From NCBI GenBank assembly GCA_002633005.1, contig NMRA01000186.1:688411-733081 (forward strand): DNA of 44,671 nt, read 5' to 3'. This DNA comes from Phoronis australis. Taxonomy: Eukaryota > Animalia > Phoronida. The position numbers and the translations under genes are program-made. Positions 38,237 through 44,671 of this stretch are shown in pieces. The notes beneath the pieces were generated by a model, which was not told the DNA's origin, made no database searches, and was given only the letters and a program-made list of their open reading frames with translations. The stretch's first letter is position 1; every line of letters begins with the position of its first letter.

Positions 38237-40893
38237 GGGCAATTCCATTTGTGACGGACGTACAATCACAGAACATTTTGATCAATTGTGAAAAAAATGT
38301 TCATCCTAGGAAAATAATTAATACATCACTTAATAGTTTTCCCCTATCTTTTAATCTGACTGAGAAAATTGCCTTTAAAGGGGTGTGACAGACGTACGCA
38401 GAGAATTTGAATTTTAAAAAAAAAATTTTAAGGTGAATTTTCTGTGAGTTGTATTAAGTTAAAATTTTTTTGTTTTACATGATGATATAGTTCAATGTTT
38501 ACAAAGTACAAAACACTAATGTTTTGAAGATATCTTTCAAGAAATTTTGTCACAGCTCGATAGAAGTTGAGTTAGTGTGACAGACGTACGTGATGGACGT
38601 ACCGTTTGAATTTCTAGTATTAAATTGTTTGTTGTGACTAAAATATCAACTTAAAATGATTCAAACTTTTGCAGTATTTAAGCTATATTGGTCTTTTGCT
38701 ACTAATTCAATGTTTTTTAATTAAAATATACTGATTGACCTTTCATACGAAATCATCACAGGTAGGCCTATGCTAGGAATATATTCTAGGATTTTACCTT
38801 TTCAATACATTTGATTAAAGATATAAAACAACCACCTAAAATCTTCACTTCCCTTTGAAGATGGTAAGCCATATAGGTGCAAATGAGAGTGATAATCATT
38901 TTGTATTTGACAACTACTAGTTACCAGGAAAACCTGTTTTTATGTGTTAAGTAGAATACTAATTCAAAACGAATCAGTAAATGTGACTGTCAAAATATAA
39001 AATCTGAAATAAAATTTAAAAATATTTGCTGTCATAAAAACACATTTATATTACCGTAATTGTTTCTTAAATTAGAACTCGCCCTAAGGTTGCATAAAAT
39101 TATTCTCTGGACCATGCCGTTGATGGTTCTGATGAATGCTATGTAAGTAATAATGAAAAATCATGGGTTTTTTAAAAAGTATTAGTAACAGAACTCAGTA
39201 TCTTCTTAAAACAAAGTGTGAAGCATTGTTTAGTAGACAACATCGACTTTTGGCATTCATATTCAAATCACCTGTGCTGTCTGAAAGCAAGACATTTGTT
39301 AATTAATTGTATTTAGGATTATGATTTAGGAATATGTAGAACTAACTTATCAGATGTTGGTTTCTATTTAGTGATTAGCATGATTAGGTTTTCATCCAGC
39401 TCTGCCTTCTTTTCAAATTCAAGGAGAGGCTGCTTTAAATAATGTCACATCACAGTACACACAAGTACAATTATGAATTCCACGGTGGCATTTTTTCAAG
39501 TTTCAAAGATTATTCGGGCAGGTATTTATTCTTCTCCCAGTTGCATCTGTTCTTTCAGTGGTCTCCAACAATTTCCTCTGTTTTTCTAAACGCCGATTTA
39601 ATCTCCTGGAAGCTCAGCAGAAAAAAAATAGTCTAATTCTTAAAAAGATTGAGGGATCAAAAATACGTAAGAAGAGACAATACACTGAAAAACACAAAAG
39701 GGTGAATACAATCAGTGAGGCTGTGACAAAAAATGCTCAATAAAGTAGGTGAAAGGTTCCTACCTCTTAAAAATGCCCAGCATAGGCTTTTTCAACACGC
39801 AACACAGCATATCAGGTCAGAGCAGAAATAACATGTTGATTCCAGTGCAGTAGCAACTTGACATGTATTCCTTTAGGTCTCTTGTTATTCATACTCTATA
39901 GCACCTTAGGAATTCTTTTGTTTGAAGATTTTTGCATCTTGAATTTCCCAAAAGCTAAGCATTTCTTTACAAACAAGGAAACAAGGGGTAACAACAGATA
40001 AACAATAAGTTCATTAAATTAGCATTTTGTTTTATTTACATTTTAGAATGTGGGCCAACTGTCTGATTTTAATAAGTTGAATTCTACTAAGATTAACTAG
40101 ATGACATTGCAAACTATAACTTTTCTGCAAATACTTTTGAAATTGAAAAAATCCAGTGCATTTAGTTTAAATCTGTAGCAACTTATTTAGATAATTTAAA
40201 GCTGCCTTTGTAATATTGTATTGTTTTAAATTTCTTAGGTGTGTGATACATTTTAACTTCTGCAAGTTTAGAAAGTAAAAACAAGACCTAAGGTTACTTT
40301 TGTTTGCTGAAAAATTGTTATTTCATGGGTGTGACGGACGTACGTGACGGACGTACAAATTTGCTTTCCCTCTGTCATGCAATTTCTGACTTAACGAATT
40401 ATTCATGTGATCTAAAATTTTGGTCAATAGTATTGAGTAACAAGTTAAAAGACAGTCTGAAATTATTTTAATTTTGATTGAAAACTTTTAAGGTAACTAA
40501 ACTTTTTAACACTTTTGTGATGGACATACGGCACCATGATATCCAGGAGTTGACCTTTGACCCCAAGAGGTCAATGATGTGCCAAAGTTGAAATGTTATT
40601 TTTTATAAAGTTTGGCATTGATGTGATTGCACAAATTTGATAGTATTGTGAAATACCCATAATTAGCTTTTTATGACAATACCGATTAGCAACTCACATG
40701 AAAATCAAGCTAATTTTTAGGGTCAGGTGACCTCCAAAAATGGGTCCATTTGGGCAAAAAATTGAAAGTTATAGGACAGTCAAATATGGGTACTGAAACT
40801 AGAGAAAATGGGCTTTCAGATGAGATCATCAATGTTAGTGTAGTCACAATTTTATTTTTTTTGTCTCAGGTTGACTTTTTCAGGGAATTGCCC
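38237..40893. mobile_element. 2.66-kb non-autonomous TIR DNA transposon (unclassified, possibly Sola2)
   Basis: TAAA|GGGCAATTCC ... GGAATTGCCC|TAAA; subterminal GTGACGGACGTAC-type repeats at about 38251, 38386, 38577, 40331 and 40517. Confidence 0.75.
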
Positions 40894-41484
40894 TAAAGTG
40901 AAAATTGAAAATCACCCATTCCCGCTCTAAAACGCACTCCGTGGCATGCGTGTAAATGCACTCCATGGCATCATTTAGTTGCACCTGTATTGTGCAAGTC
41001 TGCCATATTAACAGTATTAAACTGGGTCTGACCAAGTCTAAAGTTAAACATGGTTTAAGATCTTAATACAGGTCTTAGGAGTATAGACATCGTTGGTGAA
41101 ATGAAATCTGACTTATACCTGGTCTAAACTGGAGTTAAGCCAGGTTTAACTAGACCACTGGTCTAAAAGTTAAACCACCTTCATGAAATGCAGATTATCT
41201 TAAATTAAACCTGGTCAAAGTCCAGTTTAAAGCAGGTTTAACTTTAAACCACCTTTATGAAATCTGTTGTTTTTGCTTGGTATTTTTTACAAACATGGGA
41301 CACTAACACAAAAACAATAAGTTCATTAAATTAAGATTTTGTTTCATTTAGATTCTATGATGTGGTCTAACTATCTAATTTTAACAACTCAAGGCAGTAC
41401 TTTCTCAAGGCTGCGTCATCACCCCAGTCGTCGCTCATGTACATTTTAGCATCACATGTAAACAATGTTTATTTTGTGTTACAG

Positions 41485-42355
41485 GCTCGCGGACAACCTT
41501 CAAGAACAGCCAGGAGCATCAGTGAAAGTCAGTGACATTGCAAGAGAACTAAATGGAAATATCAGTATCTCTTCTTTGGGTAAAATACTAAAGGTTTTAT
41601 TTCCTTCTGCTACTGCTTTTGTGAAAAAGACAAACGGGAAAAAATCAACAATACTTAAAGGGGTTCAATTTATTGGCAAAGGAAACCTTCGGGAAGGCAA
41701 GTTGTTAAGTCTAACTGAGCTGTTACGTTTTCCAGCCAGAGCAATTCTCATAGACGCATCGACAATTGGCTTTCTGACTGACATCTTTCAGGATGGAAAT
41801 TTGGTTTTAAAGACAGTAGCTTTTCGCGACAACAAATGGGAATTAATGGTGCGAAATTCTCAAGTTGATCTAGAGTCACTGGGTGTTGACAACACCTTTC
41901 AGCCAACGTTACACACAATTAAAAAGATTATTCGCATAGTGAATGCTATGAAAGTTTGTTGTGGGTTTGAGAAATTACAAGGAAGAGAATACCGTCAAAA
42001 TTTAAGAGAAGAATTCATAAAAATTCAAGGGAAAGACAAGGTGGTATTCAGGTCTAAAAAGTGCGAAGGGGTTACTCGGTGGTTGCAAAACAACTGCAGA
42101 AAGTGCCATATCAGGAACATCTACAGGACAAATGCAGAAATAGAAAGGCGACAATTTAATGCAGCGAAAGAGAAAAGCCCAGCTATAAAAGTCAAATTAT
42201 CAAGAGTGAGTCACCCTTGCGGGTTTTGTGAGAAAAATTGTGATGATTACTGTGTCCAGTGTGACGGCTGTGATCTATGGTATCACTACTCGTGTGTAGG
42301 TATTCGGGATGAAAGCGATTTGAAAGACCAGTGGTTTTGTGGAAAATGTAGTTGA
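41485..42355 (+). CDS. PHD-finger protein exon with an N-terminal RFX-like winged helix (probably transposon-associated)
   Basis: Acceptor TGTTACAG then an open frame of about 290 codons; SLGKILKVLFP...KGV; VCCG...RSKKC...CRKC; C-terminal CGFC...CVQCDGCDLWYHYSC...WFCGKC*. Confidence 0.75.
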
Positions 42356-42649
42356 TTTTTGTACAGTGAAATTAAACATTGAAGATCTTACTGAATAGTG
42401 TCACTTCTTCTACAGATTGCATGTTTTAAGTGGAATTGCATTTAACGCCACATTTCATTTCCCATAGCACCGTTAACCCTTGAATTCACCACAGTATAAA
42501 TGTTCGCCACATTCATCTCTCTCTATGCGCCCACATATTTATGTGGGTGCATATTGCTATCATATCTGTGTGGGCGTCTGGCACACGCAGAGGTATCTCC
42601 TAAAACCCTTCCACGATCATAATTGCATTTGACAGGTGTATTTTTTTTA

Positions 42650-43757
42650 AAATTTCAAGTTCGTTTTTGGATTCTTGAAGATTCTACTCTGCTTAGAGAC
42701 AAATTTTAAAAAATTTGAGTTTGTTTTTTGGCGTCTGCCTTTCTATCTGCCAAACCACTCGGAATGATCATCATGAAAGTTGTCAGGTGTGTTCTGATGA
42801 GGATATTGCAGCTGACTTTTATTTTCGGATGTGTTTGACCACTCTGGCACCTCCTAGGCAAGATTTCGTTTCATTTTGCGTCCACCTAGTTGCGATTTCG
42901 AGTTCATTGATGGATTTTTATAAAATATGTGTGCCGTCATCCCTGTCCGTCAGGCATCTGCTGTTCCGTCTCCAAAACCCTTTGAGGCATGTTCGTGAAA
43001 TTTTGCGCATGTGTTCTTTTCGTGGATCTGACGGCATGAGCGAATTTTCAGACTGATCCAATTACTGGTGTGCCTCTTTGTGGCATTTTTAGTTTTTTAC
43101 ATTTACGTGTGCTTCCGTAAAGGTCCTCAACAGATTTTCATCAAATTTAACAGATAATTATCTATTAGTGAGATGATTCTATCCTCCCGTTTTTGGAGGG
43201 ATTCGAGGTGTTTTGAGCCACCTAGCGGCCAATTTTACTATTTTCGAGTCTGTGCTAGACGTCCTCCCCTCTATCAACTACGGTAAACCCGTCCGAGAAT
43301 GATTTTGAAAATTAGAATATATATGATTTCGGGCGTTTCAACTACTCTGGCCCCCCTAGTGGCAGTTTTATTTTTTGTGTTCACGGCTGTATTTCTTTTC
43401 CCTTTGCACGAGCTTCCTGAAATCTAGCAGATATGTTCGTGTGGAGATGGCAATTGATGACAGCCAGTTGCAGAGCAATCCAACTACTGCTGTTCTCCTT
43501 TATGGCAAGTTCATTATACCTTTGCCTGAGTAACTTCAACAGTCCGTCGATGCTTTTTCATGAAATTGGACAAACAAATTTCCATCATGAAGACGATGTC
43601 ACGATGTGACTTTAATGAGACAATTTAGTAGAAGATAACAAGTTTAAAAGAAATAATATTTAATGAAGCTTCAACATTAAAATACGAACATTTACACACA
43701 ATTAATAAGTTTCATAACTGGGTCGACCACTTTCCATGTGGCACCCAAACTAATATT
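42650..43757 (+). mobile_element. Helentron/HINE-like non-autonomous repeat
   Basis: Diverged internal repeats (TTCATGAAATT-like, CCACCTAG/CCCCCTAGTGG) and a 3' hairpin TGGGTCGACCAC...GTGGCACCCA followed by AACTAATATT. Confidence 0.55.
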
Positions 43758-44060
43758 ACCGAGTCCAGTTTATTTGACACAGTTCGTGCACAGTCACTTG
43801 TGGTCAGCATTCGACTTTGAACACCATCATCTTGCGATCCCCACTTTGTCCGCTGAATGTCACAAGTCTACCGTCGACACAAACGTTCCACTTTCTCTGA
43901 ACAGCTTTTAGATACGTCTACACCGTGTCACGGGTAGCTCTCGACTACCGCACCCAGGTCGAACATTTGAATACACCCGGCCAACACAGCAGTTCATTTA
44001 CACATAAATGCCCCGGCAACAATCGCTGAACACTGACGCCGGCGACGTAACAGACTATGT

Positions 44061-44151
44061 TCACAATTGTCCATTCTTTACATAATCCTCCACTGAAATG
44101 TGAACATACAGGGCAAAACACTGCCTGGCAATCCGCCCAAGCCAATCAAGA
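44061..44151 (-). CDS. Possible terminal coding exon of a host gene
   Basis: Minus-strand acceptor GAATTTTACAG, reading LDWLGRIARQCFALYVHISVEDYVKNGQL*, with minus-strand AATAAA at about 43772. Confidence 0.3.
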
Positions 44152-44209
44152 CTGTAAAATTCAAATTCAGACCGAACGCTGTGTGCATAACCTGAAACGA
44201 GTGGGAAAC

Positions 44210-44671
44210 CAGTGGCGGATTTAGGGGTGGGGGGCAAGGGGGCCATGGCCCCTCCTAAAATTCTACCAGATACCATTTGGCAGATCAGGTGCGATTTCCT
44301 GACTAGCACATTCGCGCAACCAGGGGGGCTCGGGGGGTAAATAAACAACGCATAGGTCCTGAACAAACTCCGTTTACCGGTGCCGCCAGAAATGAGACCA
44401 AGTCCAACGGGAATTGTGAGCACTTTTATCACTTCATAGGCGGATTTAGGGGGGGCCCAGGGGGCCCGCCCTTAAATCCGCCCCCCCCCCTTGGCTGCCG
44501 CAAAAAAATAAAACAGTAAGAGCGTCACGGTAGGGAAATAAATGTTGAGTTTATTAATTAACCCCGGTAATTAAAAGTATACGGATGAAAAAAGATTTAA
44601 ATGTGTGCAGTTTTAGTGTTGGGGGGGGGGGCTCAAATCCAATTTCAAGTGTCAAATTCGGAACACGGCGC
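44210..44671. repeat. Cluster of GC-tract MITE ends
   Basis: CAGTGGCGGATTTAGGGG (44210) and CATAGGCGGATTTAGGGG...TAAATCCGCC (44435-44482). Confidence 0.6.

Larger units (their letters stand above)
37153..41268 (+). mobile_element. PIF/Harbinger-like element relic (outer element of a nest)
   Basis: Inverted ends ATTTCTTAAAGGTGCTTAA / TTAAACCACCTTTATGAAAT; many subterminal AAACCTGGT/ACCAGGTT repeats; Myb/SANT-like remnant inside. Confidence 0.7.

Noticed and set aside
42390-42640. Cys-rich minus-strand reading convergent with the PHD ORF
   Set aside because: Broken by stops and no consistent domain pattern.

Overview
Eukaryotic, AT-rich, transposon-dominated window; a marine invertebrate such as a mollusc is likely from the TE repertoire (inference). 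Most of it is nested, decayed mobile DNA: a CR1/L2 LINE, an intron-containing IS3EU-type DDE transposase with a HERO-like RLE non-LTR element between its exons, a Ty3/Gypsy internal region interrupted by a hAT-like MITE and a solo LTR, a hAT transposase relic, a THAP/Kolobok derivative with two left ends, a second Gypsy pol relic, a Harbinger relic hosting a 2.7-kb TIR element, and a Helentron-like repeat. Candidate host genes are a 248-aa orphan ORF, a spliced 105-aa secreted His-rich protein with a CxxCH motif, and a possible minus-strand terminal exon. The most notable items are a PHD finger fused in frame to the Gypsy integrase C-terminus (where chromoviruses carry a chromodomain), an intact RFX-like winged-helix + PHD ORF linked to TE sequence, and the small secreted protein. 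There are two N-gaps and one probable assembly duplication. All family calls are by eye, without database searches.
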